This document shows positions 1 through 12,472 of a stretch of DNA of 64,000 nucleotides, piece after piece. Origin of the DNA: Eledone cirrhosa (Eukaryota). The DNA lies in NCBI GenBank assembly GCA_964016885.1, contig OZ024760.1, positions 30,690,001 through 30,754,000 on the forward strand. Direction: 5' to 3'. Under the pieces are notes generated by a model, which was not told the origin of the DNA, did not search any database, and saw only the letters and a list, made by a program, of their open reading frames with translations. Made by a program: the position numbers and the translations under genes. Each line of letters opens with the position of its first letter. The first letter of the stretch is position 1.

Positions 1-28
1 CCTCTACCGATACTGCCAATCCACCGCC
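1..28 (-). mobile_element. SINE copy 0, 5' head only (cut by window edge), subfamily A junction
   Basis: cctctaccgatactgccaatccaccgcc followed by atttgtaatg, identical to the right end of copy 1. Confidence 0.85.
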
Positions 29-79
29 ATTTGTAATGTAATGTAATGTAATGTAATGTAATGTAATGTAATGTAATGT

Positions 80-129
80 AATATAATATAATATAATATA
101 ATATAATATAATATAATATAATATAATAT
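80..129. repeat. (AATAT)10 sub-tract; a paralogous tract follows every subfamily A SINE
   Basis: Tracts start at 80, 2479, 3945, 6309, 8283, 10640, 12509, 14864 and 17200, each ending in aacattgtataat. Confidence 0.9.
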
Positions 130-2245
130 AACATTGTATAATATAATATGTAATGTAATGTAATGTAATGTAATGTGTAATGTAATGTAATGTAATGTAA
201 TTTAATGTAACGTAATGTAATGTAATGTAATGTAATGTAATGTAATGTAATGTAATGTAATGTAATGTAATGTAATGTAATGTAATGTAATGTAATGTAA
301 TGTATAATGTAAGGTAACGTAATGTCATGTAACGTAATATAATGTGTAATATAATGTAATGTAATGTAATGTAATGTAATGTAATGTAATGTAATGAAAT
401 GTAATGTAATGTAATGTAATGTGTAAGGTGTAATGTAATGTAATGTAATGTAATGTAATGTAATGTAATGTAATGTAATGTAATGTAATGTAATGTAATG
501 TAATGTAATGTAATGTGATGTGTAATGTAATGTAATGTAATGTAATGTAATGTGTAATGTAAGGTAATGTAATGGAATGCAATGTAATGTAATGTGTAAT
601 GTAATGTAATGTAATGTAATGTAATGTAATGTAATGTAATGTGTAATGTAATGTAATGTAATGTAATGTAATGTAATGTGTAATGTAAGGTAATGTAATG
701 TAATGCAATGTAATGTAATGTGTAATGTAATGTAATGTAATGTAATGTAATGTGTAATGTAAGGCAATGTAATGTAATGTAATGTAATGTGTAATGTAAT
801 GTAATGTAATGTAATGTGGAATGTAATGTAACGTAATGTAATGTAATGTAATGTAATGTGTAATGTAATGTAATGTAATGTATTGTAATGTGTAATGTAA
901 TGTAATTAAATGAAACGTAATGTGTAATGTAATGTAATGTAATGTGTAATGTAATGTAATGTAATGTAATGTAATGTAATGTAATGTGTAATGTAATGTA
1001 ATGTAATGTAATGTAATGTAATATGTAATGTAATGTTTAATGTAATGTAATGTAATGTAATGTAATATAATGTGTAATATAATGTAATGTAATGTAATGT
1101 AGTATAATGTAATGTAATGTAATGTAATGTAAGGTAATGTAAGGTAATGTAATGTAATGTGTAATGTAATGTAATGTAATGTAATGTAATGTAATATAAT
1201 GTGTAACGTAATGTAATGTAATGTAATGTAATGTAATATAATGTATAATGTAATGTAATGTAATGTAATGTAAGGTAATGTAATGTAATGTAATGTAATG
1301 TAATGTAATGTAATGTAAGGTAATGTAATGTAATGTAATGTAATGTGTAATGAAATGTAATGTAATGTGTAACGTAATGTAATGTAATGTAATGTAATGT
1401 AATGTGATATAATGTGTAATGTAATGTAATGTAATGTGTAATGTCATGTAATGTAATGTAATGTAATGTAATCTAATGTAATGTGTAATGTAATGTGTAA
1501 TGTAATGTAATGTAATGTAATGTAATGTAATGTAATATAATGTAATGTAACGTGTAATGTAATGTAATGTAATGCAATGTTATGTAATGTAATGTGTAAT
1601 GTAATGTAATGTAATGTAATGTAATGTTATGTAATGCAATGTGTAATGTAATGTACTGTAATGTAATGTAATGTAGTGTAATGTAATGTAATGTGTAATG
1701 TAATGTAACGTAATGTGTAATATAATGTAATGTAATGTAATGTATTGTAATGTAATGTAATGTAATGTGTAATGAAATGTAATGTGTAATGTAATGTGAT
1801 GTAATGTAATGTAATGTAAAGTGTAATGTAATGTAATGTAATGTAGTGTAATGTAATGTAATGTGATGTGTAACGTGTAATGTAATGTAATGTAATGTAA
1901 TGTAATGTAATGTGTAATGTAATGTAATGTAATGTAATATAATCTAATGTAATGTAATGTAATGTGTAATGTAATGTAATATAATGTAATGTGTAATGTA
2001 ATGTAATGTAATGTACTGTGTAATGTCATGTAATGTAATATAATGTGTAATGTAATGTAATGTAATGTAATGTAATGTAAGGTAATGTGTAATGTAATGT
2101 AATGTAATGTGTAATGTAATGGAATGTAATGTAATGTGTAATGTAATGTGTAATGTAATGTAATGTAATGTAATGTAACGTAACGTGTAATGTAATGTGT
2201 AATGTAATATAATGTAATGTAAAGTAATGTAATGTAATGTAATGT

Positions 2246-2249
2246 AAAA
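2246..2249 (-). terminator. Putative Pol III T4 terminator right after the SINE 3' end (subfamily A copies)
   Basis: Plus-strand gtAAAAtaat reads TTTT on the minus strand, 4 nt past the element. Same motif at copies 3-8. Confidence 0.4.
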
Positions 2250-2352
2250 TAATTGTTTCTACTTTAGGCACAAGGCCAGCAAATACCCAGTGCATTACTG
2301 GTACTTTATTTTATCGACCCCGTAAGTATGAAAGGCAAAGTCAACCTCGGCG

Positions 2353-2364
2353 GGATTTGAACTC
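2353..2364 (-). promoter_or_regulatory. Pol III B box (shown for copy 1; present in all full-length copies)
   Basis: GAGTTCAAATCC matches the consensus GTTCRAATCC, about 50 nt downstream of the A box. Confidence 0.8.
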
Positions 2365-2415
2365 AGATCGTAAAGGGACATAACTATGCTGGAAAGCATG
2401 ACATCCGACCCTCTA

Positions 2416-2427
2416 CCGATACTGCCA
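2416..2427 (-). promoter_or_regulatory. Pol III A box (shown for copy 1; present in all full-length copies)
   Basis: TGGCAGTATCGG at +11 of the element resembles the tRNA A-box consensus TRGCNNARYNNG. Confidence 0.7.
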
Positions 2428-3719
2428 ATCCACCGCCATTTGTAATGTAATGTAATGTAATGTAATGTAATGTAATGTAATATAATATAATATAATATAA
2501 TATAATATAATATAACATTGTATAATATAATATGTAATGTAATGTAATGTAATGTGTAATGTAATGTAATGTAATGTAATTTAATGTAACGTAATGTAAT
2601 GTAATGTAATGTGTAATGTAATGTAATGTAATGTAATGTAATGTGTAATGTAATGTGTAATGTAATGTAATGTAATGTAATGTAATGTAATGTAATGTAA
2701 TGTAATGTAATGTATAATGTAAGGTAACGTAATGTAATGTAACGTAATATAATGTGTAATATAATGTAATGTAATGTAATGTAATGTAATGTAAAGTAAT
2801 GTAATGAAATGTAATGTAATGTAATGTAATGTGTAAGGTGTAATGTAATGTAATGTAATGTAATGTAATGTAATGTAATGTAATGTGATGTGTAATGTAA
2901 TGTAATGTAATGTAATGTAATGTGTAATGTAAGGTAATGTAATGGAATGCAATGTAATGTAATGTGTAATGTAATGTAATGTAATGTAATGTAATGTAAT
3001 GTAATGTAATGTAATGTAATATAATGTGTAATATAATGTAATGTAATGTAATGTAATGTAATGTAGTATAATGTAATGTAATGTAATGTAATGTAAGGTA
3101 ATGTAAGGTAATGTAATGTAATGTGTAATGTAATGTAATGTAATGTAATGTAATGTAATGTAATATAATGTGTAACGTAATGTAATGTAATGTAATGTAA
3201 TGTAATATAATGTGTAATGTAATGTAATGTAATGTAATGTAATGTAATGTAATGTAATGTAATGTAATGTAATGTAAGGTAATGTAATGTAATGTAATGT
3301 AATGTGTAATGAAATGTAATGTAATGTGTAACGTAATGTAATGTAATGTAATGTAATGTAATATAATGTGTAATGTAATGTAATGTAATGTGTAATGTAA
3401 TGTAATGTAATGTAATGTAATGTAATCTAATGTAATGTGTAATGTAATGTGTAATGTAATGTAATGTAATGTAATGTAATATAATGTAATGTAACGTGTA
3501 ATGTAATGTAATGTAATGCAATGTTATGTAATGTAATGTAATGTAATGTAATGTTATGTAATGTAATGCGTAATGTAATGTACTGTAATGTAATGTGTAA
3601 TGTAATGTAATGTGTAATGTAATGTAATGTAATGTAATGTAATGTAATGTGTAATGTAATGTAATGTAATGTAATGTAATGTAATGTTTAATGTAATGTA
3701 ATGTGTAATGTAATGTAAT

Positions 3720-3903
3720 TGTTTCTACTTTAGGCACAAGGCCAGCAATTACCCAGTGCATTACTGGTACTCTATTTTATCGACCCCGTAAGTATGAAAG
3801 GCAAAGACAACCTCGGCGGGATTTGAACTCAGATCGTAAAGGGACATAACTATGCTGGAAAGCATGACATCCGACCCTCTACCGATACTGCCAATCCACC
3901 GCC
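3720..3903 (-). mobile_element. SINE copy 2, full length, B-type 3' flank with A-type head (chimeric)
   Basis: caattacc and a B-type flank, but aagtatg / gacataac / gacatccg / ccattt. Private variants tctatt and agacaacc. Confidence 0.88.
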
Positions 3904-6083
3904 ATTTGTAATGTAATGTAATGTAATGTAATGTAATGTAATGTAATATAATATAATATAATATAATATAATATAATATAATATAATATAATATAATATA
4001 ACATTGTATAATATAATATGTAATGTAATGTAATGTAATGTAATGTGTAATGTAATGTAATGTAATGTAATTTAATGTAACGTAATGTAATGTAATGTAA
4101 TGTGTAATGTAATGTAATGTGTAATGTAATGTAATGTAATGTAATGTAATGTAATGTAATGTAATGTAATGTAATGTAATGTAATGTATAATGTAAGGTA
4201 ACGTAATGTCATGTAACGTAATATAATGTGTAATATAATGTAATGTAATGTAATGTAATGTAATGTAATGTAATGTAATGAAATGTAATGTAATGTAATG
4301 TAATGTGTAAGGTGTAATGTAATGTAATGTAATGTAATGTAATGTAATGTAATGTAATGTAATGTAATGTAATGTAATGTAATGTAATGTGATGTGTAAT
4401 GTAATGTAATGTAATGTAATGTAATGTGTAATGTAAGGTAATGTAATGGAATGCAATGTAATGTAATGTGTAATGTAATGTAATGTAATGTAATGTAATG
4501 TAATGTAATGTAATGTAATGTGTAATGTAATGTAATGTAATGTAATGTAATGTAATGTGTAATGTAAGGTAATGTAATGTAATGCAATGTAATGTAATGT
4601 GTAATGTAATGTAATGTAATGTAATGTAATGTGTAATGTAAGGCAATGTAATGTAATGTAATGTAATGTGTAATGTAATGTAATGTAATGTAATGTGGAA
4701 TGTAATGTAACGTAATGTAATGTAATGTAATGTAATGTGTAATGTAATGTAATGTAATGTATTGTAATGTGTAATGTAATGTAATTAAATGAAACGTAAT
4801 GTGTAATGTAATGTAATGTAATGTGTAATGTAATGTAATGTAATGTAATGTAATGTAATGTAATGTGTAATGTAATGTAATGTAATGTAATGTAATGTAA
4901 TGTAATATGTAATGTAATGTTTAATGTAATGTAATGTAATGTAATGTAATATAATGTGTAATATAATGTAATGTAATGTAATGTAGTATAATGTAATGTA
5001 ATGTAATGTAATGTAAGGTAATGTAAGGTAATGTAATGTAATGTGTAATGTAATGTAATGTAATGTAATGTAATGTAATGTAATATAATGTGTAACGTAA
5101 TGTAATGTAATGTAATGTAATGTAATATAATGTATAATGTAATGTAATGTAATGTAATGTAATGTAATGTAATGTAATGTAATGTAATGTAATGTAATGT
5201 AAGGTAATGTAATGTAATGTAATGTAATGTGTAATGAAATGTAATGTAATGTGTAACGTAATGTAATGTAATGTAATGTAATGTAATGTGATATAATGTG
5301 TAATGTAATGTAATGTAATGTGTAATGTAATGTAATGTAATGTAATGTAATGTAATCTAATGTAATGTGTAATGTAATGTGTAATGTAATGTAATGTAAT
5401 GTAATGTAATGTAATGTAATATAATGTAATGTAACGTGTAATGTAATGTAATGTAATGCAATGTTATGTAATGTAATGTGTAATGTAATGTAATGTAATG
5501 TAATGTAATGTTATGTAATGCAATGTGTAATGTAATGTACTGTAATGTAATGTAATGTAGTGTAATGTAATGTAATGTGTAATGTAATGTAACGTAATGT
5601 GTAATATAATGTAATGTAATGTAATGTATTGTAATGTAATGTAATGTAATGTGTAATGAAATGTAATGTGTAATGTAATGTGATGTAATGTAATGTAAAG
5701 TGTAATGTAATGTAATGTAATGTAGTGTAATGTAATGTAATGTGATGTGTAACGTGTAATGTAATGTAATGTAATGTAATGTAATGTAATGTGTAATGTA
5801 ATGTAATGTAATGTAATATAATCTAATGTAATGTAATGTAATGTGTAATGTAATGTAATATAATGTAATGTGTAATGTAATGTAATGTAATGTACTGTGT
5901 AATGTCATGTAATGTAATATAATGTGTAATGTAATGTAATGTAATGTAATGTAATGTAAGGTAATGTGTAATGTAATGTAATGTAATGTGTAATGTAATG
6001 TAATGTAACGTAACGTGTAATGTAATGTGTAATGTAATATAATGTAATGTAAAGTAATGTAATGTAATGTAATGTAAAATAAT

Positions 6084-6267
6084 TGTTTCTACTTTAGGCA
6101 CAAGGCCAGCAAATACCCAGTGCATTACTGGTACTTTATTTTATCGACCCCGTAAGTATGAAAGGCAAAGTCAACCTCGGCGGGATTTGAACTCAGATCG
6201 TAAAGGGACATAACTATGCTGGAAAGCATGACATCCGACCCTCTACCGATACTGCCAATCCACCGCC
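6084..6267 (-). mobile_element. SINE copy 3, full length, subfamily A
   Basis: Same sequence as copy 1. Confidence 0.88.
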
Positions 6268-8062
6268 ATTTGTAATGTAATGTAATGTAATGTAATGTAA
6301 TGTAATGTAATATAATATAATATAATATAATATAATATAATATAATATAATATAATATAATATAACATTGTATAATATAATATGTAATGTAATGTAATGT
6401 AATGTGTAATGTAATGTAATGTAATGTAATTTAATGTAACGTAATGTAATGTAATGTAATGTGTAATGTAATGTAATGTAATGTAATGTAATGTGTAATG
6501 TAATGTGTAATGTAATGTAATGTAATGTAATGTAATGTAATGTAATGTAATGTAATGTATAATGTAAGGTAACGTAATGTAATGTAACGTAATATAATGT
6601 GTAATATAATGTAATGTAATGTAATGTAATGTAATGTAATGTAATGTAATGAAATGTAATGTAATGTAATGTAATGTGTAAGGTGTAATGTAATGTAATG
6701 TAATGTAATGTAATGTAATGTAATGTAATGTGATGTGTAATGTAATGTAATGTAATGTAATGTAATGTGTAATGTAAGGTAATGTAATGGAATGCAATGT
6801 AATGTAATGTGTAATGTAATGTAATGTAATGTAATGTAATGTAATGTAATGTAATGTAATGTAATGTAATATAATGTGTAATATAATGTAATGTAATGTA
6901 ATGTAATGTAATGTAGTATAATGTAATGTAATGTAATGTAATGTAAGGTAATGTAAGGTAAAGTAATGTAATGTGTAATGTAATGTAATGTAATGTAATG
7001 TAATGTAATGTAATATAATGTGTAACGTAATGTAATGTAATGTAATGTAATGTAATATAATGTGTAATGTAATGTAATGTAATGTAATGTAATGTAATGT
7101 AATGTAATGTAATGTAATGTAAGGTAATGTAATGTAATGTAATGTAATGTAATGTAATGTGTAATGAAATGTAATGTAATGTGTAACGTAATGTAATGTA
7201 ATGTAATGTAATGTAATATAATGTGTAATGTAATGTAATGTAATGTGTAATGTAATGTAATGTAATGTAATGTAATGTAATCTAATGTAATGTGTAATGT
7301 AATGTGTAATGTAATGTAATGTAATGTAATGTAATATAATGTAATGTAACGTGTAATGTAATGTAATGTAATGCAATGTTATGTAATGTAATGTAATGTA
7401 ATGTTATGTAATGTAATGCGTAATGTAATGTACTGTAATGTAATGTAATGTAGTGTAATGTAATGTAATGTGTAATGTAATGTAACGTAATGTGTAATGT
7501 AATGTAATGTAATGTAATGTAATGTATTGTAATGTAATGTAATGTAATGTGTAATGAAATGTAATGTGTAATGTAATGTGATGTAATGTAATGTAATGTA
7601 AAGTGTAATGTAATGTAATGTAATGTAGTGTAATGTAATGTAATGTGATGTGTAACGTGTAATGTAATGTAATGTAATGTAATGTAATGTGTAATGTAAT
7701 GTAATGTAATGTAATATAATCTAATGTAATGTAATGTAATGTGTAATGTAATGTAATGTAATGTAATATAATCTAATGTAATGTAATGTAATGTGTAATG
7801 TAATGTAATATAATGTAATTTGTAATGTAATGTACTGTGTAATGTCATGTAATGTAATATAATGTGTAATGTAATGTAATGTAATGTAATGTAATGTAAT
7901 GTGTAATGTAATGTAATGTAATGTGTAATGTAATGGAATGTAATGTAATGTGTAATGTAATGTGTAATGTAATGTAATGTAATGTAATGTAACGTAACGT
8001 GTAATGTAATGTGTAATGTAATATAATGTAATGTAAAGTAATGTAATGTAATGTAAAATAAT

Positions 8063-8246
8063 TGTTTCTACTTTAGGCACAAGGCCAGCAAATACCCAGT
8101 GCATTACTGGTACTTTATTTTATCGACCCCGTAAGTATGAAAGGCAAAGTCAACCTCGGCGGGATTTGAACTCAGATCGTAAAGGGACATAACTATGCTG
8201 GAAAGCATGACATCCGACCCTCTACCGATACTGCCAATCCACCGCC
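8063..8246 (-). mobile_element. SINE copy 4, full length, subfamily A
   Basis: Same sequence as copy 1. Confidence 0.88.
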
Positions 8247-10414
8247 ATTTGTAATGTAATGTAATGTAATGTAATGTAATGTAATATAATATAATATAAT
8301 ATAATATAATATAATATAATATAATATAATATAATATAATATAACATTGTATAATATAAATATGTAATGTAATGTAATGTAATGTAATGTGTAATGTAAT
8401 GTAATGTAATGTAATTTAATGTAACGTAATGTAATGTAATGTAATGTGTAATGTAATGTAATGTAATGTGTAATGTAATGTAATGTAATGTAATGTAATG
8501 TAATGTAATGTAATGTAATGTAATGTAATGTAATGTAATGTATAATGTAAGGTAACGTAATGTCATGTAACGTAATATAATGTGTAATATAATGTAATGT
8601 AATGTAATGTAATGTAATGTAATGTAATGTAATGAAATGTAATGTAATGTAATGTAATGTGTAAGGTGTAATGTAATGTAATGTAATGTAATGTAATGTA
8701 ATGTAATGTAATGTAATGTGATGTGTAATGTAATGTAATGTAATGTAATGTGTAATGTAAGGTAATGTAATGGAATGCAATGTAATGTAATGTGTAATGT
8801 AATGTAATGTAATGTAATGTAATGTAATGTAATGTAATGTAATGTAATGTAATGTGTAATGTAATGTAATGTAATGTAATGTAATGTAATGTAATGTGTA
8901 ATGTAAGGTAATGTAATGTAATGCAATGTAATGTAATGTGTAATGTAATGTAATGTAATGTAATGTAATGTGTAATGTAAGGCAATGTAATGTAATGTAA
9001 TGTAATGTGTAATGTAATGTAATGTAATGTAATGTGGAATGTAATGTAACGTAATGTAATGTAATGTGTAATGTAATGTAATGTAATGTATTGTAATGTG
9101 TAATGTAATGTAATGTAATGAAATGTAATGTGTAATGTAATGTAATGTAATGTGTAATGTAATGTAATGTAATGTAATGTAATGTAATGTAATGTGTAAT
9201 GTAATGTAATGTAATGTAATGTAATGTAATATGTAATGTAATGTTTAATGTAATGTAATGTAATGTAATGTAATATAATGTGTAATATAATGTAATGTAA
9301 TGTAATGTAGTATAATGTAATGTAATGTAATGTAATGTAAGGTAATGTAAGGTAATGTAATGTAATGTGTAATGTAATGTAATGTAATGTAATATAATGT
9401 GTAACGTAATGTAATGTAATGTAATGTAATGTAATATAATGTATAATGTAATGTAATGTAATGTAATGTAATGTAATGTAATGTAATGTAATGTAATGTA
9501 ATGTAAGGTAATGTAATGTAATGTAATGTAATGTGTAATGAAATGTAATGTAATGTGTAACGTAATGTAATGTAATGTAATGTAATGTAATGTGATATAA
9601 TGTGTAATGTAATGTAATGTAATGTGTAATGTAATGTAATGTAATGTAATGTAATGTAATCTAATGTAATGTGTAATGTAATGTGTAATGTAATGTAATG
9701 TAGTGTAATGTAATGTAATGTAATATAATGTAATGTAACGTGTAATGTAATGTAATGTAATGCAATGTTATGTAATGTAATGTGTAATGTAATGTAATGT
9801 AATGTAATGTAATGTTATGTAATGTAATGTGTAATGTAATGTACTGTAATGTAATGTAATGTAGTGTAATGTAATGTAATGTGTAATGTAATGTAACGTA
9901 ATGTGTAATATAATGTAATGTAATGTAATGTATTGTAATGTAATGTAATGTGTAATGAAATGTAATGTGTAATGTAATGTGATGTAATGTAATGTAATGT
10001 AAAGTGTAATGTAATGTAATGTAATGTAGTGTAATGTAATGTAATGTGATGTGTAACGTGTAATGTAATGTAATGTAATGTAATGTAATGTGTAATGTAA
10101 TGTAATGTAATGTAATATAATCTAATGTAATGTAATGTAATGTGTAATGTAATGTAATATAATGTAATGTGTAATGTAATGTAATGTAATGTACTGTGTA
10201 ATGTCATTTAATGTAATATAATGTGTAATGTAATGTAATGTAATGTAATGTAAGGTAATGTGTAATGTAATGTAATGTAATGGAATGTAATGTAATGTGT
10301 AATGTAATGTGTAATGTAATGTAATGTAATGTAATGTAACGTAACGTGTAATGTAATGTGTAATGTAATATAATGTAATGTAAAGTAATGTAATGTAATG
10401 TAATGTAAAATAAT

Positions 10415-10598
10415 TGTTTCTACTTTAGGCACAAGGCCAGCAAATACCCAGTGCATTACTGGTACTTTATTTTATCGACCCCGTAAGTATGAAAGGCAAA
10501 GTCAACCTCGGCGGGATTTGAACTCAGATCGTAAAGGGACATAACTATGTTGGAAAGCATGACATCCGACCCTCTACCGATACTGCCAATCCACCGCC
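10415..10598 (-). mobile_element. SINE copy 5, full length, subfamily A (tatgTtgg variant)
   Basis: Copy 1 sequence with a C>T change shared with copy 7. Confidence 0.88.
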
Positions 10599-12288
10599 AT
10601 TTGTAATGTAATGTAATGTAATGTAATGTAATGTAATGTAATATAATATAATATAATATAATATAATATAATATAATATAATATAATATAATATAACATT
10701 GTATAATATAATATGTAATGTAATGTAATGTAATGTGTAATGTAATGTAATGTAATGTAATTTAATGTAACGTAATGTAATGTAATGTAATGTGTAATGT
10801 AATGTAATGTAATGTAATGTAATGTGTAATGTAATGTAATGTAATGTAATGTAATGTAATGTAATGTAATGTAATGTATAATGTAAGGTAACGTAATGTA
10901 ATGTAACGTAATATAATGTGTAATATAATGTAATGTAATGTAATGTAATGTAATGTAATGTAATGTAATGAAATGTAATGTAATGTAATGTAATGTGTAA
11001 GGTGTAATGTAATGTAATGTAATGTAATGTAATGTAATGTAATGTAATGTGATGTGTAATGTAATGTAATGTAATGTAATGTAATGTGTAATGTAAGGTA
11101 ATGTAATGGAATGCAATGTAATGTAATGTGTAATGTAATGTAATGTAATGTAATGTAATGTAATGTAATGTAATGTGTAATGTAATGTAATGTAATGTAA
11201 TGTAATGTAATGTGTAATGTAAGGTAATGTAATGTAATGCAATGTAATGTAATGTGTAATGTAATGTAATGTAATGTAATGTAATGTGTAATGTAAGGCA
11301 GTGTAATGTAATGTAATGTAATGTGTAATGTAATGTAATGTAATGTAATGTGGAATGTAATGTAACGTAATGTAATGTAATGTAATGTGTAATGTAATGT
11401 AATGTATTGTAATGTGTAATGTAATGTAATGTAATGAAATGTAATGTGTAATGTAATGTTATGTAATGTGTAATGTAATGTAATGTAATGTAATGTAATG
11501 TAATGTGTAATGTAATGTAATGTAATGTAATGTAATGTAATATAATGTAATGTAACGTGTAATGTAATGTAATGTAATGCAATGTTATGTAATGTAATGT
11601 AATGTAATGTAATGTTATGTAATGTAATGCGTAATGTAATGTACTGTAATGTAATGTAATGTAGTGTAATGTAATGTAATGTGTAATGTAATGTAACGTA
11701 ATGTGTAATGTAATGTAATGTAATGTAATGTAATGTATTGTAATGTAATGTAATGTAATGTGTAATGAAATGTAATGTGTAATGTAATGTGATGTAATGT
11801 AATGTAATGTAAAGTGTAATGTAATGTAATGTAATGTAGTGTAATGTAATGTAATGTGATGTGTAACGTGTAATGTAATGTAATGTAATGTAATGTAATG
11901 TAATGTGTAATGTAATGTAATGTAATGTAATATAATCTAATGTAATGTAATGTAATGTGTAATGTAATGTAATGTAATGTAATATAATCTAATGTAATGT
12001 AATGTAATGTGTAATGTAATGTAATATAATGTAATGTGTAATGTAATGTACTGTGTAATGTCATGTAATGTAATATAATGTGTAATGTAATGTAATGTAA
12101 TGTAATGTAATGTAATGTAATGTAATGTGTAATGTAATGTAATGTAATGTGTAATGTAATGGAATGTAATGTAATGTGTAATGTAATGTGTAATGTAATG
12201 TAATGTAATGTAATGTAACGTAACGTGTAATGTAATGTGTAATGTAATATAATGTAATGTAAAGTAATGTAATGTAATGTAAAATAAT

Positions 12289-12472
12289 TGTTTCTACTTT
12301 AGGCACAAGGCCAGCAAATACCCAGTGCATTACTGGTACTTTATTTTATCGACCCCGTAAGTATGAAAGGCAAAGTCAACCTCGGCGGGATTTGAACTCA
12401 GATCGTAAAGGGACATAACTATGCTGGAAAGCATGACATCCGACCCTCTACCGATACTGCCAATCCACCGCC
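12289..12472 (-). mobile_element. SINE copy 6, full length, subfamily A
   Basis: Same sequence as copy 1. Confidence 0.88.

Larger units (their letters stand above)
2254..2437 (-). mobile_element. tRNA-derived SINE copy 1, full length 184 bp, subfamily A
   Basis: Minus strand reads GGCGGTGGAT-TGGCAGTATCGG (A box)...GAGTTCAAATCC (B box)...GCCTTTCATACTTACGGGGTCGATAAAATAAAGTACCAG...GGCCTTGTGCCTAAAGTAGAAACA, then a simple-repeat tail. No coding capacity. Recalled similarity to octopus SINEs. Confidence 0.88.

Noticed and set aside
2264-2268. Telomeric TTAGG motif / telomeric array
   Set aside because: There is a single TTAGG inside the SINE, mutated to TTTGG in several copies. AATGT is not a G-rich telomerase-type repeat and nothing here shows a chromosome end.
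2250-2270. CRISPR-like pattern: conserved repeat with variable intervals, and TTTCTACT resembling a Cas12a repeat
   Set aside because: The repeat is 184 bp, the intervals are kilobases of simple satellite, the complementary GTAGA arm is not positioned to form the Cas12a stem, and there are no cas genes.
2320-2400. Hammerhead or HDV-like ribozyme (retrozyme) in the repeated element
   Set aside because: No CTGANGA core on either strand with GAAA and GTC/NUH in the required stem arrangement, and no nested pseudoknot was evident by eye. An Infernal/Rfam scan would be decisive.
2254-2437. Recurrent peptides MHWVIAGLVPKVETI and WRWIGSIGRGSD...DKIKYQ
   Set aside because: These are translations of the non-coding SINE. 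There is no recognisable domain, and copies are freely truncated or frameshifted.
2345-2437. Functional tRNA gene array
   Set aside because: A and B boxes are present, but the T-stem and acceptor stem pair poorly, there is no 7-nt anticodon loop, and ~95 nt of non-tRNA body follows. This fits a SINE head.
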